The notes beneath the pieces were generated by a model. The model searched no databases. It was not told the DNA's origin and was given only the letters and a program-made list of their open reading frames with translations. Position numbers and translations under genes: made by a program. From a virus (Duplodnaviria > Caudoviricetes): DNA of 64,000 nt. Each line of letters begins with the position of its first letter. Within the stretch, counting starts at the first letter, position 1. Below are positions 38,901-45,805 of the stretch, one piece after another. The stretch covers positions 9,743 through 73,742 of the IMG/VR virus record IMGVR_UViG_2791354873_000003. The stretch is one strand, 5' to 3'.

Positions 38901-40061
38901 ATCTACAAACTGGCAGCCATGCAGGTGACGACTGAAGCGGACTCAGCGGCCTACTCAGGATATCTGCTGAAAGCGATCGTATCGGGAAGTGCTGCTACCG
39001 GTTTCATGTATCTGGCGTCGGCCATCGCAGACTACAACCTGCGACTTAAGCCCGGCGCGACCTACACGTTCTCAGTGTGGGCCAAAGGTAGCGCGGCCCA
39101 TGTTGTAGGTGTGCGTTTGCGCTTCGTCAACAGCTCAGGTTCAGTGACCGAGGCTGTGGTAGGGACCATTGCCGTTACAACCACGCTGGCGAGGCAAAGC
39201 GTGGTGATCACGGCGCCAACCAACTTGGTGTCAACTTGCTGTCTGGTGCTGTTCACCCAGAACACTGCGGCAGTAGGAACTACCTGGTTCGATGGGTTCA
39301 TGCTAGAGGCCCAGGTTGGAGCATCAGCCGAGCCAAGTGCATTTGTTCCTGGACCATCAAACCGCCAGATCGCTGCCCAGGCCATAGCAGTAGATGCCCT
39401 GGACACAAAGGTGACACAGCAGGGAGCAAAGATTGAATCCGAGGCCAAACGCACCGATGGTTTGTATGTCTCTGTCGGAGATGCCAATGCCGCAATTCAG
39501 AACGAGGCCTCAACCCGGGCCGGCGCTGATGTGGCCATGGGCAAGCGAGTCGATGGCGTCCAGAGCAGCTTAGGCAGCACCAATGCCGCCGTACAGCAAA
39601 TCAGCACGGCGCAGGCCAACCTGGATGGGAAGGTCAACGCTACCTGGTCGGTCAAGCTGGGGCTTACCTCGGGAGGAAGCTACTACGCCGCCGGCTTCGG
39701 TCTGGGCCTTGAGAACCAAGGCGGGACGTTCCAATCCAGCTTTGTCGTGCTGGCAAACCGGTTCTCGGTGCTCAACCCCGTAGGGGAGGGGCTCGTCAAC
39801 ATCTTCACGGCGGAAAACGGTCAGGTCGTCATGAACGACGCCCTGATTTCAAAGCTCACCGTGCAGCGGGCAATTGTCGGTAGCTCGATCAACTCGTCTG
39901 AACTGGCCAACGATGGAACACCGATCATGCGAATGGACTTCGCCTCGGGCACGTTGATCCTGCTCAACAAGGCCGCAACGGCCTACACCGTTTACAACAG
40001 GAGGGGTATCGACATGGTCATCAACGGTGTCCGTCGTATCCGCATGGGCGAGTGGGATTGA
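32970..40061 (+). CDS. Tip attachment / host-specificity protein J, extended by four internal repeated modules
   Basis: GAKGG...ESPDSLRS N-terminus, AWTNNPA, FN3-like region, coiled coils, four G(V/S)NL(V/L/I)PA(D/E) modules, C-terminal YYAAGFGLG...ANRF...NGQVVMNDALI. Confidence 0.95.
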   Translation: MGPVDHLEIVGAKGGESQPKQAVESPDSLRSTNIAKILLAVGEGEFDGVPTDRDIYLDNTPIADASGNVNFPGVKWEWRPGSVEQSYIQGIPSVENETSVNVELRSDNPFTRALSNTQLSAVRVRMSWPRLAKQESNGDTRGYRIEYAIDIATDGGAYVEAHLGAVDGKSTNGYQRSVRVNLPKATSGWMLRVRRLTPNANSGTVADTMTVAGYTEIIDQKIRYPNTALLYIEFDAQQFQNIPAVTVKCKAKRWPVPSTYDPITRTYSGVWDGTFKLAWTNNPAFVTYGLCVEDRFGLGKRIKPWMVDKWEMYRIAQYCDQLVPDGVGGQEPRFLCDMNLQGRAEAWTLLRDLSAIYRGMVYWAHGSLFMQADMPRAQDIDYVFTRSNVIDGEFVYGGAERSTHYSRSLVSYDNPANNYDTDVIPVTDNALQRRYRDRPIELSAIGCTRASEAQRRGKWALLSNSQDRTVTFKTGMEGRIPLPGFVIPVADELVAGRPNGGRISSAAGRVVTLDRNTPIKAGDRLIVNLPNGTAQARTVHSVAGRAVTVTTEYSLQPEPELQWAIDYDDLAVQLFRVLKTTRTQEGNYEITALEFNPSKFAAIDTGAKLDERPISVIPVTTVAPPASVSLSSGHMIDQGIAVSTMTIAWPAVAGAVAYDVEWRKDNGNWVRLQRTGAASVDVVGIYAGAYLARVRSVSAFDITSIWKSSDLTQLNGKEGLPPAVTFLTTESLLFGIGIKWGLPAGAEDTERTELWYSEGTDLGAATKLADLAYPQSEHVMQGLRAGQRFFFWARLVDRSGNVGPFFPVAPTVVTGIASADAGPILEQIKDQITESELGKELTGRIDLIDKNGPGSVNERVGAAKTELAKQVGEVNNALNTVKGNLEQQITAVSADVSASKTELQQQIANISALAGSLPYRKDKAYSVGQSALGSDGKLYQALKAVPLNTPPPNATYWTDVGQAAVTASGMAARVSKVETDVSTLDGKVTAQASQISGLQSSLTTTNGNVSAAQQAAQDAATLAGGKGKVIVQSAAPAVADRLAQNLWIDTTGNANTPKRWSGSAWVAVTDKVATDAAAAAQSALSQVALKADASVVSNLSTRVSDAEGKLTSQATRMDGMQTSIDGKASSQALQQVTSRVTATEDKDKAQDQLISSQSQALISLTDNVSKKADASTVQALSNEVKTQGQSLTAQGQALTRIDTNLGRLGASGVNLVPADFSVFTKDLPAGIYSNGGVALSTVTDASCFKGYALKADNSNENSHTFGLATAFTAAACNMGFKRGKYLVSFRARAQTADHVVGCYARVLLADGVSFKTSSAPLFTLTTAWARYSALIDLTAADYDGTQMQLAIQTNRSGVPNRTTYFDQFMFEAVVNDQAEPSIFNLGDSFEQAATNAAATTALSARVEKTEQGQTSTSQQVTQLENTVRSLDSKVGGKADAAALQVLANTVDQHGKSITANSQSLTKVNASLSGLGASGVNLVPAEYCAFTKDLPANMYSNGGVAMSTVPDAAAFKGYALRANNSNPDSHTFGLSTGFNAASCNMGFKPGKYLVSFYARSEVAGHIVGIYARVLLADGSSFKTSNAPTFALTTAWVRYVGVIDLTDPAYTGAQMQLAVQSNRSGVANRVTYYDRFMLEAVVNDQTEPSNFSMGNSFDQAAVLAEATTALSGRVVKNEEGLTSASAQLTQLKNSIGGSGVNLLPAEYSTFQKTLPVLDGSSFVASVENDSASFSGGTLKFAWATDSTGLSAFLSPKWNIGNMGMKPQKYIISYRARASADGHVVALYLRGINPDGSVVNSPAATQQPLTTSWSRYSYVADLTGGGFTGDKMLLVVQMNRSGFAGRSVWFDQIMVEQVLGEGTAPSTFTPGNTADQSSASASAIESLNSAVSQQGKDLTSVTSRTTLLEGSVNSPSSGLNTKASTSALQTLTGRVSAAEGGLTAASSSITRIGSQIDAIGGAGSNLIPAEFTTFGSAAPSIYKLAAMQVTTEADSAAYSGYLLKAIVSGSAATGFMYLASAIADYNLRLKPGATYTFSVWAKGSAAHVVGVRLRFVNSSGSVTEAVVGTIAVTTTLARQSVVITAPTNLVSTCCLVLFTQNTAAVGTTWFDGFMLEAQVGASAEPSAFVPGPSNRQIAAQAIAVDALDTKVTQQGAKIESEAKRTDGLYVSVGDANAAIQNEASTRAGADVAMGKRVDGVQSSLGSTNAAVQQISTAQANLDGKVNATWSVKLGLTSGGSYYAAGFGLGLENQGGTFQSSFVVLANRFSVLNPVGEGLVNIFTAENGQVVMNDALISKLTVQRAIVGSSINSSELANDGTPIMRMDFASGTLILLNKAATAYTVYNRRGIDMVINGVRRIRMGEWD

Positions 40062-40064
40062 ATC

Positions 40065-40367
40065 ATGCCCAGTGGACTGGAGATATACGGCTCTGACGGT
40101 CGACTGCTCGTCAACATGACGATGTCGATCAGTCAGCACCAAGGGGATATTGTCACCAATGCAACGAGCGGGGCGATAACCCTGCCCGGTATTCCAGCGG
40201 GTAAGCGGCGGTTCTATATCGTCGTACCGCTGGTTGATACCCAGCAATGGAAGGGCAAGAAACCGGGCGTGACAATCTCGGGCAATACGCTGTCCTGGCA
40301 ATACCAGCACTCAACTTGGTTTGGCCAGTTCAGCGCCAATTGCAGAATCTACTACGGATATTATTAG
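40065..40367 (+). CDS. Small tail-tip-associated protein
   Basis: MPSGLEIYGSDG start typical of post-J genes. Confidence 0.75.
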   Translation: MPSGLEIYGSDGRLLVNMTMSISQHQGDIVTNATSGAITLPGIPAGKRRFYIVVPLVDTQQWKGKKPGVTISGNTLSWQYQHSTWFGQFSANCRIYYGYY

Positions 40368-40375
40368 GAGGTGAA

Positions 40376-41227
40376 ATGCCTGTCGGATTCCAGGCTTTCA
40401 AAGAAGACGGCACGCTCCTTTTTGATATCGACCGGATATCTTATGGCTTGCTGAAAAGTGGATATCTGAACTTGGTAGATAGGTGGGGGCGTTACACTTT
40501 GCGGTCTCTCAATCTACCGCCAAATGAAGAAAGTAGTTATTCATACTCGCGGCTGATTGATCCCATATGCGGGATCACTGTCACCGGTGCTGTCTCGCCG
40601 ATCGTTTTCCTTGTCGGCGATGGCAAACCATGTGGTGAAGCGATCAGCGGTAATACCCGAACGCTGTACTTCAAAGGCTGTGGCCCGAACACTAAAGCCT
40701 ATATCTTCGACCTGATGCGCGACGTCGGCGAGAGGACTGGCATGGAGTGTTACGACGCTGCTGGCCGTCTCAGTTTTACAACCGGAATGCCGCCGCTAAA
40801 CATCATTGCGGCTGTAGATCCTCCACCAATCAACGCTCCGGCTTATCCCGGTTCAGACATGCGATTAACTCCCTATTCGGGTGGGAGTAACGAAGCATCA
40901 GGTAGAGAATGGGCAAACACTGACTACCCGCAGCCTAAAGGAGCTGTATTTGTACCAGTAGCGTCTGGTGAGCTTGCAGCCTATCTGACGTTCTCTAGGA
41001 TCTGCATGTTAGGCGAAGGGTACACATTAGGAGAAGGCGCAAGCGTGAGCGCTAATGAAGGTTGTGGCGGTGCCTCTGGTGGCGTCAGATTCTTCTTCAG
41101 CCCTGCCGCTGCAACAATCTCTCAACACAGCGGTGCACGAGACGCAACTTGGACCGATATTCCGACTGACCGCCAACCTCAAGCGCTCGTTATTCGAGCG
41201 AGCGACTACCCATTTCCATTTAGATAA
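40376..41227 (+). CDS. Tail-associated protein
   Basis: MPVGFQAFKEDGTLLFD and GMECYDAAGRLSF repeated motif; AGGAGG SD. Confidence 0.75.
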   Translation: MPVGFQAFKEDGTLLFDIDRISYGLLKSGYLNLVDRWGRYTLRSLNLPPNEESSYSYSRLIDPICGITVTGAVSPIVFLVGDGKPCGEAISGNTRTLYFKGCGPNTKAYIFDLMRDVGERTGMECYDAAGRLSFTTGMPPLNIIAAVDPPPINAPAYPGSDMRLTPYSGGSNEASGREWANTDYPQPKGAVFVPVASGELAAYLTFSRICMLGEGYTLGEGASVSANEGCGGASGGVRFFFSPAAATISQHSGARDATWTDIPTDRQPQALVIRASDYPFPFR

Positions 41228-41244
41228 CCAAAGAGGAAACACCC

Positions 41245-41466
41245 ATGCCCTATGTAGCTATCAACCTGGCCAATGACTATGACTCGGCCAACAAAACCCG
41301 CTATGCCACTCAGGAAGAAGCCGACGCCCGCGCTCGCGAGATTCTGAACCAGTTCCCGACCGCGCAGGTTTGCGTGGCCCAGGTGATGAAGGATTACAGC
41401 GCCAAGGTCTCGATCACTGCGAAGGAGCCTGCAGCAGCGCCCGAACCGGAAGCCCCGGCCGCTTAA
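41245..41466 (+). CDS. Small phage protein
   Basis: 73-aa ORF with GAGGA SD, followed by a terminator hairpin near 41485-41510. Confidence 0.75.
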   Translation: MPYVAINLANDYDSANKTRYATQEEADARAREILNQFPTAQVCVAQVMKDYSAKVSITAKEPAAAPEPEAPAA

Positions 41467-41524
41467 CTGGCCTCGTTCAAATCCAGCCCGCCAAGCGCGG
41501 GCTTTTTTTCGCCTGGAGAAAAAC

Positions 41525-42013
41525 ATGGCCAGACTCACCGAATCTCAGGCCGGAGGTGCAAACGTGCTCCGGTTCCTGGACCTGATCGCCTTCTCGGAAG
41601 GCACATCTCCCATAAAGGCCAGTGACGACGGCTACAACGTTCTGTACGGCGGCGGCCTGTTCCAAGGCTATGCCGACCACCCTCGGCGCAAGCTGACGTT
41701 TCCCATCAACGGCAAGAACGTTACCAGCACGGCTGCCGGGCGGTACCAGTTGCTGGAGCGCTACTGGGACGCCTACAGGGTCAGCCTGCGCCTGTCAGGC
41801 GGGTTTACGCCGGAGAATCAAGACCGGGTAGCGCTCCAACAGATCCGCGAGCGCCGTGCACTGGACGACATCAAGGCCGGGCGCATTCAACCAGCGATCG
41901 CCAAGTGCTCGAACATTTGGGCCTCGCTGCCAGGAAACAATTATGGGCAGAACCCGCACCGCCTGGACAAGCTGCTAAGCAAGTGGGGTGAGATGGGCGG
42001 GTTGCTGGAATGA
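41525..42013 (+). CDS. Endolysin (lambda R / GH104-like lysozyme)
   Basis: FLDLIAFSEGT, STAAGRYQLL, FTPENQD, WASLPG motifs. Confidence 0.95.
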   Translation: MARLTESQAGGANVLRFLDLIAFSEGTSPIKASDDGYNVLYGGGLFQGYADHPRRKLTFPINGKNVTSTAAGRYQLLERYWDAYRVSLRLSGGFTPENQDRVALQQIRERRALDDIKAGRIQPAIAKCSNIWASLPGNNYGQNPHRLDKLLSKWGEMGGLLE

Positions 42014-42387
42014 ACGCCGCGCTCGCTGCACTCAACGCAATACCGCTCTGGCTGTTGCTGGCCCTGGCCGCCGCCGGCGTTATCTGGTGGCAGCACGGCC
42101 AGATCCAAGACGCCCGCGCCGACGTTGCAGCAATGGCTGAGAAGGCCGGCAATTGCCAAGCGGCCAGAGACAACCTGGTCGCCCTAGCCAATGAGCAGGG
42201 TAAGGCACTGGGTGACCTGCAGCTGGCCGCCCAGCAGCGCCAGGCCGCCGCCGAGAAGGCGGTAGCCGAAGCCCGCGCCAGTGCCGAGCCGGACTACCAA
42301 GCAGCCAACCGCATCCAGCAGGAGCGCACCGGTGGCGATCAGTGCACGGCTGCCGCCTCGATCATCGACAAGGAGCTCGGCCTATGA
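42010..42387 (+). CDS. Rz-like inner-membrane spanin
   Basis: N-terminal TM plus coiled coil after the endolysin. Confidence 0.8.
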   Translation: MNAALAALNAIPLWLLLALAAAGVIWWQHGQIQDARADVAAMAEKAGNCQAARDNLVALANEQGKALGDLQLAAQQRQAAAEKAVAEARASAEPDYQAANRIQQERTGGDQCTAAASIIDKELGL

Positions 42388-42668
42388 CCATTGCAAGCCA
42401 ATCCCTGCAAGGGGTGGTGGTGCTTGCAGGCTTTCTCCTGCTTGCGGGCTGTGCAGGACAGGCAGAGCCGGAGATTAGCACCTTGCGCGTCGAGGTGCCC
42501 GTGCAGGTTCCTTGCCGCACGCCTGACGTTCCCGTGCCGCCCTGGGTCGCCGACAGTCTACGCAAGACCGATAGCCTTGAGGTGAAGGTGCGCGCCCTGC
42601 TGGCGGAGCGCAGACAGCGCGTCGGCTACGAGAAGGAACTGGCGGCGGCCGCTGGCGCATGCCGATAA
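42384..42668 (+). CDS. Rz1-like outer-membrane spanin lipoprotein
   Basis: LLLAG-C lipobox; Pro-rich VEVPVQVPCRTPDVPVPPW. Confidence 0.8.
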   Translation: MTIASQSLQGVVVLAGFLLLAGCAGQAEPEISTLRVEVPVQVPCRTPDVPVPPWVADSLRKTDSLEVKVRALLAERRQRVGYEKELAAAAGACR

Positions 42669-42856
42669 CGACGGAGCATATTGCTCTCCGACCAGCCCGC
42701 AGGGCTGATGCAGAAGCGCGAGCCCTGGTGAGAGCTCAATTAGCATGCGAGTTGTGAGAGCCCCTTATACATAGATTGGTCACGATACAGTGAGAGAGCG
42801 CTGCAGGGAGTCTATAAAGTCCTCAAGTACGCCCGGATTCCATCCTCTGCGTACGA

Positions 42857-43234
42857 TCATTTTGCTAGGTAAACCTCAACGAGCGCGTAGAGGTCGTCTA
42901 GGGACCAGGGCTTTGCCAAAAAGCTGACATTTGGCGGTAGCGGCAGGCCCAGGGCATTGTGGTACCCGCTCATCACAATTACTTCTATCTCTGGCTGATG
43001 CTTACGTGCTGCGCTTGCCAACTCGATCCCGTTGGTTCTGCCTGGCGTTTGAACATCGGTGATCAGCAGTGCCCAGGGCTGACGATACAATTCGAGGAAA
43101 CCCTCATCGGCCGTGGCGACGCTTGTGATAGCCACAGGGAAATCTTCAAGCATGTTTGCTAGCATTTCTCGAATTGCGGGCTCGTCCTCCACCACCAACA
43201 CGGCCTGGATTAAGGGGGAATTATTGCTATTCAT
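42857..43234 (-). CDS. Stand-alone response-regulator receiver domain
   Basis: VLVVEDE, LLITDVQTPG, VMSG, LAKPW. Confidence 0.9.
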   Translation of the reverse strand: MNSNNSPLIQAVLVVEDEPAIREMLANMLEDFPVAITSVATADEGFLELYRQPWALLITDVQTPGRTNGIELASAARKHQPEIEVIVMSGYHNALGLPLPPNVSFLAKPWSLDDLYALVEVYLAK

Positions 43235-43399
43235 ATGTCGCTCACACTGAGCGCACGCCCAGAAAATCCAAGAAGAAGGCGCAGCCTAGACTGAAGGATA
43301 CGCGCGGTGAGCTGTCGACCCCCTTATCTTCCGGCAATTCAACTATCGTTCTTAAGCTGCGCTCGGTGGTAGCCGATGCCTGCCAGGGACGCCAAGGGC

Positions 43400-43645
43400 T
43401 GCCTTCCATCGAGCACTGCTGACCAGCGGCTGCGCAACGAAGGCATCGTCCTCGCCGCCGCCGTCAGTTACCCCGGCACGGATACCGCCGCTGTCGCCGA
43501 AGCCAGGCAGCCACCCGCGCCGCCATGGCGCACTCCGACCTACTCGCACGGTCTGTCGAAATGAATCGAGCGTTGGCGAAAGCTTATAACCAATCCCGAA
43601 TAGCAGGCGATCAGTGCCGACGAGAGTATGATGGTCTGACGCAGG
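43400..43645 (+). pseudogene. Frameshifted remnant of a DUF2514-type (Rz-like) lysis gene
   Basis: ADQRLRNEG...AAAVSYPGTDTAAVA, then shifted frame ATRAAMAHSDLLARS...LAKAYNQSRIAGDQCRREYDGL. Confidence 0.65.
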
Positions 43646-43666
43646 CTGATCGCCGTGAAGGGACCC

Positions 43667-44119
43667 TCAGCGCACGCTAATCCGGGTAGAGCCTGGCGGC
43701 GGTTCGTTGAGAAATGCCCAGAACAAACCCAATTCGGACACAGCCGCCACGAAGCCTTTGAAGCCGACCGGCTTCACGACGAACGAATTTGCTCCTAGCT
43801 CATAAGCGCGAGTGAGATCGGATCCCATCTTTGAGCTAGTCAGCATTGCTACAGGGATCGTGCGGAGGTGCTCCGTCGATCGTATTGTTTCCAGAACTTC
43901 AAGCCCATCCATCTTGGGCAGCTTAAGATCCAGCAACACCACGGCTGGATTCGCCTCGTCCCTATCTGCGAATCTCTCTCGGCGAAGCAGATAATCAAGC
44001 GCTTCGACTCCATCTCGGGTTATTACAACCTCATTCGCTAATTGACTGCGCTCCAGAGCGATCATAATGAGTTCAAGTTCGCGCTTATCATCTTCGACGA
44101 GCAATATAGGTTTAAGCAT
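43667..44119 (-). CDS. Single-domain response regulator (Rcp1-like)
   Basis: ILLVEDD, DGVEALDYL, VLLDLKLPKMDG, LTSS, AYELGANSFVVKP. Confidence 0.92.
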   Translation of the reverse strand: MLKPILLVEDDKRELELIMIALERSQLANEVVITRDGVEALDYLLRRERFADRDEANPAVVLLDLKLPKMDGLEVLETIRSTEHLRTIPVAMLTSSKMGSDLTRAYELGANSFVVKPVGFKGFVAAVSELGLFWAFLNEPPPGSTRISVR

Positions 44120-44299
44120 AACGGCCTCGGGTATTCATCCGTGCATGCTACCAGTCATCCGTCTTGGAATTGCATATTTATGATGCTCTAGACTCTGATC
44201 GAATGTCGGTAAGCCTGGCTGCGGCGCCTGTGCGAAGCCGACTCGCGGCTTGGGCTGCGGGGCTGTTTATAATCCCCTGACCAATTAAGGATATCCCCG

Positions 44300-44524
44300 A
44301 TGGACAAGGATGAATTTGCCGCTGTCGTTAAGGCAGGCGAACCACTGATCGAGCAGTCGATGGAAGCTCTCAAGCGGTACTGGGAGGCCAGGGACCATGG
44401 CGCCCCGCCCGAGGAGGTAGAGCGCCTGCGACTCCATTCCGAGGCCTTGGCCCAAGCGGTTTCCGACTACCAGCTTCGCACCGTCTCCAAGCTGATGGGT
44501 AACAAACTGCCCCCGCTGCACTAG
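44300..44524 (+). CDS. Small helical phage protein
   Basis: 74-aa ORF with AAGGA SD and an upstream TATAAT. Confidence 0.7.
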   Translation: MDKDEFAAVVKAGEPLIEQSMEALKRYWEARDHGAPPEEVERLRLHSEALAQAVSDYQLRTVSKLMGNKLPPLH

Positions 44525-44574
44525 CGCATCCCGCTTGTCGGCAGTTGCCTGCCCCATTGCAGGCCACTACCATA

Positions 44575-44590
44575 CTGTTCATTTATACAG
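44575..44590 (+). promoter_or_regulatory. LexA (SOS) box
   Basis: CTGTTCATTTATACAG matches CTG-N10-CAG, directly before the umuD-like SD. Confidence 0.85.
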
Positions 44591-44606
44591 TATGGAGGCC
44601 CCGCCA

Positions 44607-44972
44607 ATGAACACCGCCCTTGACTTCGAAATCGACGACATGCCCCAGCTCAGCCTGGACGATCTGATGCAGGTACGTGCGCCCTGGACCTACCTGGTCA
44701 AGATCGAGGGCGAGAGCATGCAGGGTATCGGGATGTGCTCCGGCGACCTGCTGGTCGTTGATCGAAGCGTTGAGGCCAAGCACGGCGACATCGTGATCGC
44801 GGCGGTGAACGGCGAACCGGTCTGCAAGCGCATGTGCCATGAGCACGGTGTGCTGGTCCTTCGGTCGGAGAACCCAAAGTACCCGTCGCGGTACATCATG
44901 GAGGGCGATACGTTCGAGGTGTGGGGTGTTGTCCGGTTCAGCGTCCGGGATCACGACCGGGTAACAGGGTAG
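44607..44972 (+). CDS. UmuD/RulA-like S24 peptidase
   Basis: IEGESMQG (Ser) and VCKRM (Lys); SGDLLVVDRS; GGAGG SD. Confidence 0.88.
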   Translation: MNTALDFEIDDMPQLSLDDLMQVRAPWTYLVKIEGESMQGIGMCSGDLLVVDRSVEAKHGDIVIAAVNGEPVCKRMCHEHGVLVLRSENPKYPSRYIMEGDTFEVWGVVRFSVRDHDRVTG

Positions 44973-45158
44973 GGGTGGGATTCGGCAGAACGCCGGAGGA
45001 GGATGGCCACGCTGTCTAATACTGCCGTGAGGCACCGCGCTTTTACTAGGCGAAACCCGCTAAAAATAGGGATAGGGTATTAGACAGCCATGGCTTGGGC
45101 GCCGCAGATTGCGCGGCTTTAGGCGTGGATCTTCCGCTACTGCTGCATTACTGGATGC

Positions 45159-45509
45159 TCAGTAGCAGCCGTAGCTATTGCAGGTCGAGTGATAGGCGTT
45201 TCCGCGGGAGTCCACACCACTGTTGATAACGGTGTTGCCTATCCGCTGACTGGTTCCGTTCCAGGAATTCCCATTGGCAGAAGCACCATTATGGAAGGTG
45301 GTATTTCCGATGGTGGTGCTGTGCTGGTTCCATGACGAGCCAGTGCCAGCATTGAACCCTTGCACATTGGTGGTGTTGCCGAATCGCTGAACGTTATAAC
45401 TGTTCCCGCTGTTATCGGTACATGTCTGAAACGAGCCGCTACCGAAGCAGCCTGCGAATGCAGCAGGAGAGAGGGCGATCAATCCGAGTACCGCAGCAAG
45501 CCTTTTCAT
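45159..45509 (-). CDS. Secreted Gly/Asn/Ser/Thr-rich protein
   Basis: Signal peptide MKRLAAVLGLIALSPAAFA; repeated (I/F)GNT(T/V) beta-strand-like units; terminal Cys pairs. Confidence 0.85.
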   Translation of the reverse strand: MKRLAAVLGLIALSPAAFAGCFGSGSFQTCTDNSGNSYNVQRFGNTTNVQGFNAGTGSSWNQHSTTIGNTTFHNGASANGNSWNGTSQRIGNTVINSGVDSRGNAYHSTCNSYGCY

Positions 45510-45805
45510 GGTGACAGCTCCAAGTCAGTGATGGCGCGCAAGCATAGTGCTTTCGATATCACGATGCCATGCCCTCAAATGACTAGCGGATGGATGGCAA
45601 TTGGGCTGAAAATCGATTCCAAAACCGAAACGACGACCTTTGCAGTATGCGGCCTGTAGCCGTGCCGTTTCGTCTTTGTTCTGGAATCGATTTCGCAGCT
45701 GACACCTTAAGGATTGGGCGTTTGTAGCACGGTCTTGAAAACCGTTGAGCTAAACCGACGCTTTTGCCCAGGATCTGCTGGACAACTTGAGGTCGGCTTC
45801 CCGCG

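Larger units (their letters stand above)
1..45000. mobile_element. Lambdoid (siphovirus) prophage; left end outside window, right boundary approximate
   Basis: Canonical lambdoid order: erf/early genes, cI-cro-cII, replication, nin, Q, holin, terminase, portal, capsid, tail M/L/K/I/J, lysozyme, spanins, umuD-like gene. Confidence 0.95.

Noticed and set aside
45729-45745. Functional tRNA-Ser gene
   Set aside because: Only the anticodon arm is present; no D-loop, TTCGA T-loop or acceptor stem.
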